A stretch of 64,000 nucleotides of DNA from Solirubrobacteraceae bacterium (GCA_036510495.1 DATCDV010000004.1:128872-192871); one strand, 5' to 3'; shown: positions 48,818 to 58,434, counted from the first letter of the stretch. Notes: generated from the letters alone by a model not told the origin. Numbers and translations are program-made.

Positions 48818-50161
48818 TCATGCGGGCACCACCGAGAATGCGGGCTTGCGGTAGGCGACCGCGCCGGCCGCCACGGTCATCAGGACGCGCCCGGTCAGAC
48901 GCCGACCGGCAAAGCAACAGTTCTCCGAGCGACTCTCCCAACCGTGCTCGCCGGCGACCCACTCAGCTGAGAGGTCCACAAGCGTCAGGTTCGCGGGCTC
49001 GTCCACCGCGATACGGGGGATTGGCAATCCGAAGAGCTCCGCACCGACGGTCATTCGCTCAACGAGCAGCGAGAGCCCGATCGTGCCCGGGAGCACAAGC
49101 TCGGTGTGCAGCGCCGCGAAGGCCGTCTCCAGACCCGTGGTGCCCATCGGGGCCTGCTCGAAGGGGACCTCCTTCTCGTGCGGGGCATGCGGGGCGTGGT
49201 CGGTCGCGATGCAGTCGATCGTGCCCGAGCGCAGTCCCTCGATCAAGGACAGACGGTCGGCCTCGCTTGCCAGTGGCGGGTTCATCTTCATGCGCGTGTC
49301 CATACCCCTCACATGCTCGTCACAGAGCAACAGATGGTGTGGTGTCACCTCAGCGCTCACTCGAAAGCCACGCTCCTTCGCCGCGGCGACCGCGTGCACG
49401 GAGGCGGTGCAGCTGAGGTGTTGGAAGTGAACGCGCCCGTCCTCGTAGCCGGCGAGCTCAGCGTCACGGGCGACCATCGTGGACTCGCTCACGCTCGGGA
49501 TGCCACCGATACCGAGCGCCGCGCTGACGGACCCCTCGTGCATGCTGCCGCCGCGCGAGAGCGAAGGATCCTCCTCGTGCAGGGTGAGCACACCGCCGCA
49601 CAAGCGCTGGTACTGAAGCGCCTTGCGCAGCATTCCCGCGCTTGCCACGGGGCGTCCATCGTCGGTGAAGCCGAGCGCCCCCTCCCCCATGAGCTCCGCC
49701 ATCTCGGTCAGCTCGACGCCGTCCAGTCCGCGCGTGATCGCCGCCAGGAAGCCAACCGGCACGCGCGCCTCGCGTGCCGCCGCCTCGCGTAGCGAGCGCA
49801 GAAGCGGCGCCGAGTCAATCACGGGATCTGTGTTGGGCATCGCGATCACCGCGCAAAAGCCGCCTACGGCAGCGGCGCGGGTGCCCGTTTCCAGATCCTC
49901 CTTGTGCTCCTGGCCAGGACTGCGAAGGTGCACGTGCGGGTCTACGAAGGCGGGCAGCAGGTGCTTACCTTCGCCCCGCACCAGCTCCATGTCGTCGTCC
50001 GCGCTCAGCTCGCCCGCGGCTGCCACCTGGGCGACCATTCCGTCGCGCACCAGCACATCCGCGGGAGCGTCGAGACCCGTGCGTGGATCGAGCACGTGCG
50101 CGCCGGAGATCAACAGGTCGGCGCCAGGCAGCGCGCGGTGCAAGAGCGATGCGACAGTCAT
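48818..50161 (-). CDS. pyrC: Dihydroorotase
   Basis: DPHVHLRSPG, MPNT, HFQH, KMNPPL, ATDHAPH. Confidence 0.96.
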   Translation of the reverse strand: MTVASLLHRALPGADLLISGAHVLDPRTGLDAPADVLVRDGMVAQVAAAGELSADDDMELVRGEGKHLLPAFVDPHVHLRSPGQEHKEDLETGTRAAAVGGFCAVIAMPNTDPVIDSAPLLRSLREAAAREARVPVGFLAAITRGLDGVELTEMAELMGEGALGFTDDGRPVASAGMLRKALQYQRLCGGVLTLHEEDPSLSRGGSMHEGSVSAALGIGGIPSVSESTMVARDAELAGYEDGRVHFQHLSCTASVHAVAAAKERGFRVSAEVTPHHLLLCDEHVRGMDTRMKMNPPLASEADRLSLIEGLRSGTIDCIATDHAPHAPHEKEVPFEQAPMGTTGLETAFAALHTELVLPGTIGLSLLVERMTVGAELFGLPIPRIAVDEPANLTLVDLSAEWVAGEHGWESRSENCCFAGRRLTGRVLMTVAAGAVAYRKPAFSVVPA

Positions 50162-50258
50162 CGAGCGCGGGTGAGTTGGGAGCGGCGAGTCATTGCGGAG
50201 CTCACTGGAGTGGAGGCCTTGGGGAGGGACGTGGTGCAGGGAGTCATGTCGCAGATAC

Positions 50259-51191
50259 TCAGGCGAGTTGGGGCTCGGGGAGGGGACGGAAGGCGCGTGA
50301 GCCCGACAGCAGCTCGTACAGGACCGCCATGCGTACCACGACGCCTGCCTCCACCTGTGCGGTGATGAGGGCCTGCGGCGAGTCCACCACCTCGCCGGAA
50401 AGCTCCACCCCGCGGTTGACGGGACCTGGGTGCATGAGCAGCTGTCGTGGGGATAGGCGGCGCGCGTTCACTTGAAAGCAGGCCGCATACTCGCGCAGCG
50501 AGGGCACCCACGCCTCGTTCATGCGCTCGTGCTGCATGCGCAGCGCGTACACCACGTCCGCCTCAGCCAGCTGCTCGAGCGAGTAGCGCACTTGGCAGCC
50601 AAGCGCCTCGATGCCGCGAGGGATCAGCGTCGGGGGGCCCGCCACCGTCACCTTCGCCCCCATTCGCTGGAAGGCGAGGATATTCGAGCGCGCCACGCGC
50701 GAGTGGGCGACATCGCCGACGATCCAGATCGAGACGCCATCGAGTGAGCCGAGGCGCCGATGCAGCGTGTACACGTCGAGTAGTGCCTGGGTTGGGTGCT
50801 CGTGCTTGCCGTCGCCCGCGTTCACGATCGCCGCGTTCGTCCAGCTCGACACGAGCTCGGCCGCGCCCGCCCAGGGGGTTCGGATCACGATCGCGTCGGG
50901 CTTGTGCGCGCTGAGTGTGAGCACTGTGTCCTTCAGCGACTCGCCCTTCTCGACGCTGGAGCCGCTGGAGACGAAGTTCACCACGTCCGCCGACAGGCGC
51001 TTGGCGGCGAGCTCAAATGAGCTGCGTGTGCGGGTGGAAGCCTCGTAGAAGAGGTTCAAGACCATCCTCCCGCGCAGCGCCGGCACCTTCTTGATCTCGC
51101 GGTCGGACACCTCGGCAAAGCGCGCTGCCTGCTCGACGATTCGCTCGATCGCTTCGCGGTCCAGATCCTCGATTGAGAGCAGGTGGTTCAC
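50259..51191 (-). CDS. pyrB: Aspartate carbamoyltransferase
   Basis: FYEASTRTRSSF, HEHPTQ, MHPGPVNRG. Confidence 0.98.
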   Translation of the reverse strand: MNHLLSIEDLDREAIERIVEQAARFAEVSDREIKKVPALRGRMVLNLFYEASTRTRSSFELAAKRLSADVVNFVSSGSSVEKGESLKDTVLTLSAHKPDAIVIRTPWAGAAELVSSWTNAAIVNAGDGKHEHPTQALLDVYTLHRRLGSLDGVSIWIVGDVAHSRVARSNILAFQRMGAKVTVAGPPTLIPRGIEALGCQVRYSLEQLAEADVVYALRMQHERMNEAWVPSLREYAACFQVNARRLSPRQLLMHPGPVNRGVELSGEVVDSPQALITAQVEAGVVVRMAVLYELLSGSRAFRPLPEPQLA

Positions 51192-51742
51192 GTGCTCGCC
51201 CCCACCGTGCTGCGCCCGATCGCCACCTCGTCGATGCCATCGAGCTCCTTCACGCGCACACTCACGTGCTCCTCGCGGGAGGTGGGAAGGTTCTTGCCCA
51301 CGTAATCGGGGCGGATCGGCAGCTCGCGATGGCCGCGATCGGCGAGCACCGCCAGCTGCACCCGCTCGGGACGCCCATAGTCAAACAAGGCCTCGATGGC
51401 CGCACGCACGGTACGGCCGGTGTAGAGCACATCGTCGACGATCACGATCGTCCGTTGGGAGAGGTCGAAGTCGATGTGCGAAGCGTGCACCACCGGTGCC
51501 TGCGGTCGCGAAGCGACGTCGTCGCGGTAGAAGCCGATGTCGAGATCCCCGAGTGGCACGTCGGTTTGCAGAAGGTCTTCCAACAGCACCTGGAGGCGCT
51601 GAGCGAGGATCGCGCCGCGACGGTGGATGCCGACGAGAACTACCGCTGAGGAGCTTGTGTTGCGCTCGGCTATCTCGTGGGCGATCCGCACCAGCGCTCG
51701 CGCCACCTCGTCCTCTCCGAGGACGATCTTCCCGTCTTGCAT
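51188..51742 (-). CDS. pyrR: Pyrimidine operon regulator/UPRTase PyrR
   Basis: RIAHEI, GFYRDD, VDDVLYTGRT, DRGHRELPIRPDYVGKN. Confidence 0.97.
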   Translation of the reverse strand: MQDGKIVLGEDEVARALVRIAHEIAERNTSSSAVVLVGIHRRGAILAQRLQVLLEDLLQTDVPLGDLDIGFYRDDVASRPQAPVVHASHIDFDLSQRTIVIVDDVLYTGRTVRAAIEALFDYGRPERVQLAVLADRGHRELPIRPDYVGKNLPTSREEHVSVRVKELDGIDEVAIGRSTVGAST

Positions 51743-51747
51743 GATTT

Positions 51748-51778
51748 CCTTCCTGGCCTCACCGGACCGGGTTAAAGG
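51748..51778 (-). promoter_or_regulatory. PyrR-binding RNA stem-loop overlapping the pyrR ribosome-binding site
   Basis: Minus strand CCTTTAA-cccg-GTCCGGTGAGGC-cagg-AAGG matches the CUUUAA / RUCCnGnGAGGY PyrR-binding consensus; the 3' AAGG is the SD, 5 nt before ATG. Confidence 0.85.
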
Positions 51779-51853
51779 AGCAGGGCGACTGTATCAAGGA
51801 GCGCTACGGAGCCTTTTGCGGTGGGTGTATGCACCGCTGAGCCAGGCCAATGC

Positions 51854-52843
51854 CTAGGGCGCCGTCACGGGCTCTGTCGTCTCGGTCGCGGAATCGGCCG
51901 CTGTCCGCTCGCGCCGGCTCGACCAGCGGATCAGCTCGGCCGGCCCCTTCTCGGGGAACGGGATGTCGATCGTGTCGAAGTCGCGCGGGGCCTCTGTCGC
52001 GGCGAACACGGCGCGGGCCTCCTCACGCAGATCGCCACCCGGATAGCGCGTGGAGATATGGGTCAGCGCAAGCAGTCGCGCCTGCGCGTCATGCGCGACC
52101 TGCGCCGCTTGGCGCGCCGTGCTGTGGCCGGTCTGACGGGCCCGCTCGATCTCCTCCTCGGCGAAGGTGGCCTCGTGCACGAGCAGATCCGCTTCGTGTG
52201 CGGCGACCGTGAGCATCTCGCAGGGTGATGTGTCCCCCGAGAGAACGATCTTGCGACCCTCGCGCGTGGGGCCCATCACCTGCTCAGGGCTCACTCCGGC
52301 GACGGTCTCTCCGCGTGTGAGCCTGCCGAAGTCGGGACCTGGCGTCACGCCGAGCCGCGCGGCGAGCTCTGGGTCGAGATGACCCGGGCGGGAGTCCTCG
52401 ACGATCGCGTACCCGTATGCGTTGTTGCTGCGATGGCTCACGGGAATGGGTGCCACGACATAGCCGTCAAACGCCACGTCATCCGCGGGCTCGAGCTCGA
52501 CCACCCGCAGCTCGTACGGGAGTCGGCCGTAAATGAAGTGTGTCTCGTCCATCATCTGGCGTAGCCCCCGAGGCCCATAGATAGCCAGCGGCTGGTCGCG
52601 TTCGCGCAGGGCAAAGGACTTGAGCATCCCGGGCAGCCCGAGCCAGTGATCGGCGTGGAAATGCGTGATGAACACGCACCCCACATCCGCAAGCCCCACC
52701 GAGCGCGTCAGCTGACGTTGCGTGCCTTCGCCGCAGTCGAACAACAGCCGGTCTCCTCCCCTGCGCACGAGGATCGCGGGCAGTCCCCGTCGCGGACTCG
52801 GCACAGAGCCACCTGTGCCGGCGAAGAACAGGGAGAGGTCCAT
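51854..52843 (-). CDS. rnz: Ribonuclease Z
   Basis: FDCGEGTQRQ, THFHADHWLG, GDT, HEATF, THISTRY. Confidence 0.95.
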   Translation of the reverse strand: MDLSLFFAGTGGSVPSPRRGLPAILVRRGGDRLLFDCGEGTQRQLTRSVGLADVGCVFITHFHADHWLGLPGMLKSFALRERDQPLAIYGPRGLRQMMDETHFIYGRLPYELRVVELEPADDVAFDGYVVAPIPVSHRSNNAYGYAIVEDSRPGHLDPELAARLGVTPGPDFGRLTRGETVAGVSPEQVMGPTREGRKIVLSGDTSPCEMLTVAAHEADLLVHEATFAEEEIERARQTGHSTARQAAQVAHDAQARLLALTHISTRYPGGDLREEARAVFAATEAPRDFDTIDIPFPEKGPAELIRWSSRRERTAADSATETTEPVTAP

Positions 52844-52918
52844 GGGCGCAACGGTATCGATCGCCGCTCGACACGGCGATAAGCTCTGCTGGCGAAGGCT
52901 GCCCCCGTGGCGTCTCTA

Positions 52919-52991
52919 GCGCCCGTAGCTCAGTGGATAGAGCGTCCGCCTCCGGAGCGGAAGGTCGCAAGTTCGAATCTTGCCGGGCGCG
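52919..52991 (+). tRNA. tRNA-Arg(CCG), CCA not encoded
   Basis: GCGCCCG/CGGGCGC acceptor, TAGCTCAGTGGATAGAGC D arm, TCCGC-ctCCGga-GCGGA anticodon arm, GTTCGAATC T loop. Confidence 0.97.
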
Positions 52992-53195
52992 TTGCTGGAT
53001 CCCACTCAACTGTGCCGATCCTTGCCCTAGGGGCACACGTTTGATAGTCGGGTCTTATGTCAGACCAGTGCGCAACGCGAGCACCTTGACGCAACGCCCG
53101 CTGCCCCGCTCAGACCGGACCGTCGGCTTGACCGGATGTTACGTTTGATTGCCCTGCTTTATGGGAATTGCGGAGCTATGGGGGGGCGTGCCAGC

Positions 53196-55007
53196 ATGGG
53201 AAGCATCGCATTCGCGGTCACGGTATTGATGCTTGCGGTGAGCGCGTCGGCGAGCAGCGGCGCCTCGGCCTTCGTCCAGCAGGCAAAGATCCAGGGCGAC
53301 GGTGGCGCGTTCGGCGGCGCGGAAAGCAACAGCGTGGCGCTGTCCTCCGATGGCAGCACCGCGCTCGTGGGCGCCCCCGAGGAAGAAGGCGACGAAGGGG
53401 GATCGGTCTGGGTGCTCACGCTCTCCGGCTCGAGCTGGACCGTGCAGGCCAAGCTCAAAATGCCGGGTACATGGGGGGTTGCCGGGGGAGGCTTCGGCGA
53501 AAGCGTGGCGCTTTCCGCGGATGGCAACACCGCGCTCATCGGCGACGGCTTTCAAAACGGCGAATACGGCACGGCGTGGGTCTTCACCCGCTCGGGCACC
53601 AGCTGGAGCGAGCAGGAAGAACTGACGGCCACCGAAATCGGCGACGAAGAGCAGGGCAGAGGCCGCTTCGGCGCGAGCGTCGCGCTCTCGGCAGACGGCG
53701 ACATAGCCCTGATCGGCGGACCGCGCGACCAGCCGGAAACCCAGCAAGGAGCAGCCTGGATATACGCGCGATCGGGCTCGCGCTGGATCAAGCAGGGACC
53801 GATGCTGAAGGGTGGCGGCGAGCTGAGCGCTCCCGGCAGCTCCGCCACCGAAGCCGGCTTCGGCTGGAGCGTCGCGCTGTCCTCGAGCGGCGACACGGCG
53901 TTGGTCGGCGCGTGGCGCGACCACGATGCCACTGGGGCGGCCTGGGTGTTCACACGCTCGGGTTCCAGCTGGATCCAGCAAGGCGCGAGGCTCAGCGCGG
54001 ACGACGAGGTCGGCCAAGGAGAATTCGGCACGAGGGTCGCACTGTCCTCCGAAGGCAATACGGCGCTCATCGGCGGGTCTACCGACAACGATGGTGTCGG
54101 GGCGGCCTGGGTCTTCACGCGCTCAGGTGAAACGTGGACTCAACAGGGCGCAAAGCTCACCCCCAGCGACGAGATCGGGCGCGGCTATGGCCAGTTCGGC
54201 TGGAGCGTCGCGCTCGACTCCGACGGCGACACGGCGCTGATCGGCGGCTCAGCCGATGGCGCGGACGAAACCGGAGCGGCCTGGGTGTTCACGCGCGCGG
54301 GCTCGACCTGGACGCAGCAGCAGAAGCTCACGGGCGAAGGCGAGCTGGGCGGCGCCCGCTTCGGCCGCAGCGTCGCGCTGTCCTCGAGCGGCGCCACGGC
54401 GCTGATCGGCGGTCCGGAAGACGACGTCAAGCTAGGGGCCGCGTGGGTGTTCACCAATCCGGAACCCTACGTTCCCCTCGAAACAGTCTCGTCCGGGCAG
54501 AGCGCGACTACCGGTGCGGGAGGCATGGCGGGCGGGATGGTCATAGCGCCGATCGTCGCCGACGGGACAGGCCCCGCCGGCGGGACGGTCACGGCGCCGA
54601 TCATCACCGACTTGAGCCAATCCGATCGCGATTGGCGCGCGGGGAACGCGTTCGCGAAGCTGGCACGCAACCAAACGCTGGCGCCAGTGGGCACCAGCTT
54701 CTCCTTCACACTCAACGAGGCAGCGAGCGTGAAGCTCGCGTTCACCAAGCATGTCCGTGGACGCGAGATCAATGGCATGTGCGACATAGAACCACGCGGG
54801 CGCCAAGGGAGGATCTGCACGCGCACGATCACCAAGGGCGCCCTCACGCTCAGCGGTCGTGCGGGGAAGAACAAGCTCGTATTCCAGGGACGCGTGACTG
54901 CTTCGGACAAGCTCGGGCCCGGCAGCTACACCGTCGCGATCACGGCCACGAGCTCCGCCGGCCATTCGGCTACCCACAGCCTCGACTTCACGATCGTGAC
55001 GCACTGA
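53196..55007 (+). CDS. Secreted FG-GAP repeat (beta-propeller) protein with C-terminal beta-rich domain
   Basis: Signal peptide; about 7 repeats of FGxSVALSxxGxTALIG...GAAWVFTRSGxxW; Gly/Thr linker; start may be 53178. Confidence 0.88.
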   Translation: MGSIAFAVTVLMLAVSASASSGASAFVQQAKIQGDGGAFGGAESNSVALSSDGSTALVGAPEEEGDEGGSVWVLTLSGSSWTVQAKLKMPGTWGVAGGGFGESVALSADGNTALIGDGFQNGEYGTAWVFTRSGTSWSEQEELTATEIGDEEQGRGRFGASVALSADGDIALIGGPRDQPETQQGAAWIYARSGSRWIKQGPMLKGGGELSAPGSSATEAGFGWSVALSSSGDTALVGAWRDHDATGAAWVFTRSGSSWIQQGARLSADDEVGQGEFGTRVALSSEGNTALIGGSTDNDGVGAAWVFTRSGETWTQQGAKLTPSDEIGRGYGQFGWSVALDSDGDTALIGGSADGADETGAAWVFTRAGSTWTQQQKLTGEGELGGARFGRSVALSSSGATALIGGPEDDVKLGAAWVFTNPEPYVPLETVSSGQSATTGAGGMAGGMVIAPIVADGTGPAGGTVTAPIITDLSQSDRDWRAGNAFAKLARNQTLAPVGTSFSFTLNEAASVKLAFTKHVRGREINGMCDIEPRGRQGRICTRTITKGALTLSGRAGKNKLVFQGRVTASDKLGPGSYTVAITATSSAGHSATHSLDFTIVTH

Positions 55008-55046
55008 CGCTAGATTTTCGTGGTATTTGGACTCACGAGTCTGTCC

Positions 55047-55973
55047 ATGTGGAGGGAGGTACTGGTCATTTCTGATGAGGTTGTTCCCCCCGGTGCGGGT
55101 CCTGATCTTGGGCTTCTCGGTCCGAGGACCCGGCACTTGCTGGCGCTTGAGTTTGGTTCGCGGGCTCAGTTCGATGACGACCGCTTGGAGTGGCGCAGGC
55201 TTTTTTCCGAGATGCTGGGCACGTTCATGTTGGTGCTTGTCGCCGCGGGTGGGGGGATTCTGCATGGTGAGGGTCAGATCAGCTTGGCTGCTGCTGTGGT
55301 GGCACCTGGGCTTATGGTCATGGGGATCATCCTGTTCATGGGCGCGGTCTCTGGAGCCCACCTGAATCCCGCTGTCTCGCTCGCGTTCGCGTTGCGTGGT
55401 GACTTCCCGTGGAAGCGCGTTCCCGGCTACATCATCGTCCAGCTGGTCGGTGCCACCCTGGCGTGCCTGTTCCTGTACGCGGTGTTCGGCAATATCGAGC
55501 ACCTCGGTGCCACCGTGCCCGGCCCTGGGTATGCGAACTGGCAGGCGCTGCTGATGGAGATAGTCCTAACCGCGACACTTGTCAGCGTCATCTTGGGGAC
55601 CGCCTCGGCAGCACAGAACGTCGGTGCGATCGCCGCGCTGGGCGTCGGCGGGTACATAGCGCTCGCTGGCCTGTGGTCGGCGCCCGTGAGCGGCACCTCG
55701 ATGAACCCGGCGCGCTCGTTCGGGCCGGCCCTTGTGAGTGGCGACTTTACAAGCTACTGGGTGTACGTCGTGGGGCCACTGGCGGGTAGCCTGATAGCGG
55801 TTGGGTGTGCGTTCGTGTTGCGTGGCAGAGGTGGCGATGCGATCTCCTACGCGGCTGGCTCTGGTGCCCTTGACGAAGGCAGTCTTGCCGCGAGACAGCG
55901 GCTCTCAGAGGCCATCGACCGGGGCGAAGTCGGGCCGTCCACCACCACCGACACGCACAGGAGTGACCTGTGA
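55047..55973 (+). CDS. MIP family channel (aquaporin/aquaglyceroporin)
   Basis: HLNPAVS and SMNPARSFGP NPA boxes, six TM segments; start uncertain. Confidence 0.93.
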   Translation: MWREVLVISDEVVPPGAGPDLGLLGPRTRHLLALEFGSRAQFDDDRLEWRRLFSEMLGTFMLVLVAAGGGILHGEGQISLAAAVVAPGLMVMGIILFMGAVSGAHLNPAVSLAFALRGDFPWKRVPGYIIVQLVGATLACLFLYAVFGNIEHLGATVPGPGYANWQALLMEIVLTATLVSVILGTASAAQNVGAIAALGVGGYIALAGLWSAPVSGTSMNPARSFGPALVSGDFTSYWVYVVGPLAGSLIAVGCAFVLRGRGGDAISYAAGSGALDEGSLAARQRLSEAIDRGEVGPSTTTDTHRSDL

Positions 55974-56144
55974 CCGACACCTCCTCGGAGCTTGAGGAAC
56001 GGTCCCGCCAAACACGCCATCGTTGACTCCTGAGTCACTTCCGTGAAGGCGAGGTCAGCCAGATAGCTGGAGCGCGAGTGTCATTTCGCGTAGCCGAGCC
56101 CGCCTGCCGGCGCCGGAGTACGAAGGGCTCGGTACGCTGTCGGC

Positions 56145-56372
56145 ATGTGTGTCGGATGTGCCATGGCAGCCGCCTCTGCGGCCAGCGGGCTACGTACGTG
56201 GCTGCAGACTCACAACCTCGGCTGGCTGACCCCGAAGCGCTTGCGTGCGATCACCATCACCGCTATGTGCGCGGCTGGGCTCGTCTCCACCATTGGCGTC
56301 AGCGGCTCGACACCGCCCAGCTCTCATACCGTCACGCCCACGCAGCACGCGACCCATGTCGTAGCTCGCTAA
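56145..56372 (+). CDS. Small hypothetical membrane protein with N-terminal CxxC
   Basis: MCVGCAM..., one hydrophobic segment, His-containing tail; fills an otherwise empty gap. Confidence 0.6.
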   Translation: MCVGCAMAAASAASGLRTWLQTHNLGWLTPKRLRAITITAMCAAGLVSTIGVSGSTPPSSHTVTPTQHATHVVAR

Positions 56373-56484
56373 CCCGCCTGGCCGTCGGCCCACGTCGCGG
56401 CTCGCTAAGCCCGCGCCAACCCAGCTTCGCCGTCAACCTCACGCGTCTCACCCGAAGGACTCGGGACCGAACAGGCCCGTGACG

Positions 56485-56766
56485 CTACCCGCCGGCGACC
56501 GCGGGCAGGATCGTCAGTTCGGCGCCGTCGTCAACCGGGGTGTCCAGGCCGTCGAGAAAACGAATGTCCTCGCCGCTGAGATACACGTTCACGAAGCGGC
56601 GCAATGAGCCGCTGTCGTCGGCCAAGCGCTCGCTGAGGCCGTCGTAGCGCTCATACAGGCTGTCGAGCACCTCACGCACCGTCGCGCCTTCGAGCTCCGC
56701 TTCGCTCTCGCCGCCGGCAGCGGCGCGCAGCTGGGTGGGGATCTTCACCGTGACCGCCACCGTCAT
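56485..56766 (-). CDS. MoaD/ThiS/CysO-like ubiquitin-fold sulfur carrier
   Basis: VKIPTQLR, FVNVYL, EDIRFL, C-terminal PAVAGG; ATGA overlap with thrC. Confidence 0.93.
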   Translation of the reverse strand: MTVAVTVKIPTQLRAAAGGESEAELEGATVREVLDSLYERYDGLSERLADDSGSLRRFVNVYLSGEDIRFLDGLDTPVDDGAELTILPAVAGG

Positions 56767-58067
56767 CGGCTCCCCGCGCCCGCGAATGCGACCGGCGCGT
56801 CCGTCGCACCGACCGGTGCGTTCTCGACGAGCGTCTCGAACTGCTCGACCGACGGGTCGATCTCGTGCGACTCGAATGTGCCGCGCACCGCATCGAGCGT
56901 CTTCAGTCCCTCGCCGGTGATCACGAGCACAACGCGCTCGTCGGGATCGATGTCCCCGCGCGCCGCGAGCTTTGCGAGCACCGCTGTCGTGACGCCGCCC
57001 GCCGTCTCGGTGAAGACGCCGGTGGTCTGGGCCAACAGCGCGATGCCCGCGCGGATCTCCTGGTCTGAGACAGAGTCCACGCCCCCGCCGCTGCGACGTG
57101 CCTCCTCGATCGCGTACGGCCCATCGGCCGGGTTGCCGATCGCGAGTGACTTGGCGATCGTGTTGGGCTTCACCGGCTTGCACACGTCGTGACCGGCCGC
57201 GAACGCTGAGGCCACCGGTGAGCACCCGTCGGCCTGTGCGCCGTTCATCCTAGGTAGCTCTCCGTCGACCAGCCCGAGCTCACGCCACTCGGCAAACCCC
57301 TTGGCCACCTTCGTGAACAGCGATCCCGAGGCGATCGGAACGACGCAGCGGTCGGGCAGCTCAAAGCCGAGCTGCTCGGCGATCTCATACGCGAGCGTCT
57401 TTGATCCCTCGGCGTAATAGGGGCGCAGGTTGACGTTCACGAACGCCCAGTCGCGCTCGGCTGAGAGCTCGGTGCAGAGCCGGTTGACATCGTCGTAGTT
57501 GCCCTTCACGGCGACCAGTTTCGTCCCGTAGATGCCTGTCGCGAGGATCTTCTGCTCCTCAAGGTCCGCGGGGATGAACACGTAGGACTCGAGACCCAAA
57601 GCTGCTCCGTGGGCTGCGACAGAGTTGGCTAGGTTGCCCGTGGAGGCGCACGCGATCGTCTTGAACCCGAGCTCACGCGCACGGGTCACCGCGACCGACA
57701 CGACACGATCCTTGAAGGAATGGGTGGGGTTGGCGGCGTCGTTCTTGACCCACACCTCGCGCAGCCCAAGCCGCTTGGCCAAGCGGTCGGCCTTGATCAG
57801 CGGCGTGCACCCGGCCGGTAGGCCGGTGCGCGAAGCTAGACGGCCCGACGGCCCGGGAGGACCGTCCACCACTGGCAGGAAGTCGGCGTAGCGCCAGATG
57901 TTCTGCGGGCCGGCCTGAATGCGCCGGCGCAGCCCGTCGATGTCGCCGCCGAGGCGGCTGTGGTCATAGGCGACCTCCAGCGGGCCGAAGCAGCGCTCGC
58001 ATACGTACAGCGCCTCAAGGGGGTACTCGGTACGGCACTCTCTGCATCTAAGGTGTGTGACAGCCAC
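56763..58067 (-). CDS. thrC: Threonine synthase-like PLP enzyme (fold type II)
   Basis: N-terminal CxxC...CxxC, NPTHSFKDR, ASTGNLA, EGSKT, PIASG, TGEGLK; GTG start with AAGGAG SD. Confidence 0.9.
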   Translation of the reverse strand: MAVTHLRCRECRTEYPLEALYVCERCFGPLEVAYDHSRLGGDIDGLRRRIQAGPQNIWRYADFLPVVDGPPGPSGRLASRTGLPAGCTPLIKADRLAKRLGLREVWVKNDAANPTHSFKDRVVSVAVTRARELGFKTIACASTGNLANSVAAHGAALGLESYVFIPADLEEQKILATGIYGTKLVAVKGNYDDVNRLCTELSAERDWAFVNVNLRPYYAEGSKTLAYEIAEQLGFELPDRCVVPIASGSLFTKVAKGFAEWRELGLVDGELPRMNGAQADGCSPVASAFAAGHDVCKPVKPNTIAKSLAIGNPADGPYAIEEARRSGGGVDSVSDQEIRAGIALLAQTTGVFTETAGGVTTAVLAKLAARGDIDPDERVVLVITGEGLKTLDAVRGTFESHEIDPSVEQFETLVENAPVGATDAPVAFAGAGSR

Positions 58068-58131
58068 GGGGGGCTCCTTCCATGAATTCGTCTTCGCCGG
58101 TGAACCGTGTGGCAAAGACTGGAAGCCCGCC

Positions 58132-58221
58132 ACACATCTCTCTGGAATTGGCACCTGCCGCTATTACACGGTGGTTGTCGGGGGTTCACTGGGCCAGGTC
58201 CCTCCACCCCTCTGGATGTGT
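58132..58221 (-). ncRNA. SAM-I riboswitch upstream of thrC-moaD
   Basis: Minus strand ACACATCCAGAGGGGTGGAGGGACCTGGCCCAGTGAACCCCCGACAACC...GGTGCCAATTCC...AGAGATGTGT fits SAM-I P1-P4; a downstream GTGTGGC/GCCACAC hairpin competes with P1; TATACT -10 at 58240-58245. Confidence 0.92.
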
Positions 58222-58434
58222 TCAGCTATGCGAGGGGGGAGTATACGAGGCTTGGCGGCGGAACACAAGACCCCGTCGTTGCCGCGCGCACGAGCGATCG
58301 GCGAGGACTCAGCTAGCTCTCGACTAGGGAGTAGGGAGTTCTCGCGGGCAGGCCGGTAACGCAGGTGGGCTCGTGGTGTACGGGCTTGCGTGAGCATCCG
58401 CGTAAGTCCTGAGGAGACTCGTGAGTAGAGCGAC

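Noticed and set aside
52970-56480. Integrative element with att sites at tRNA-Arg
   Set aside because: No repeat of the tRNA 3' end and no integrase found
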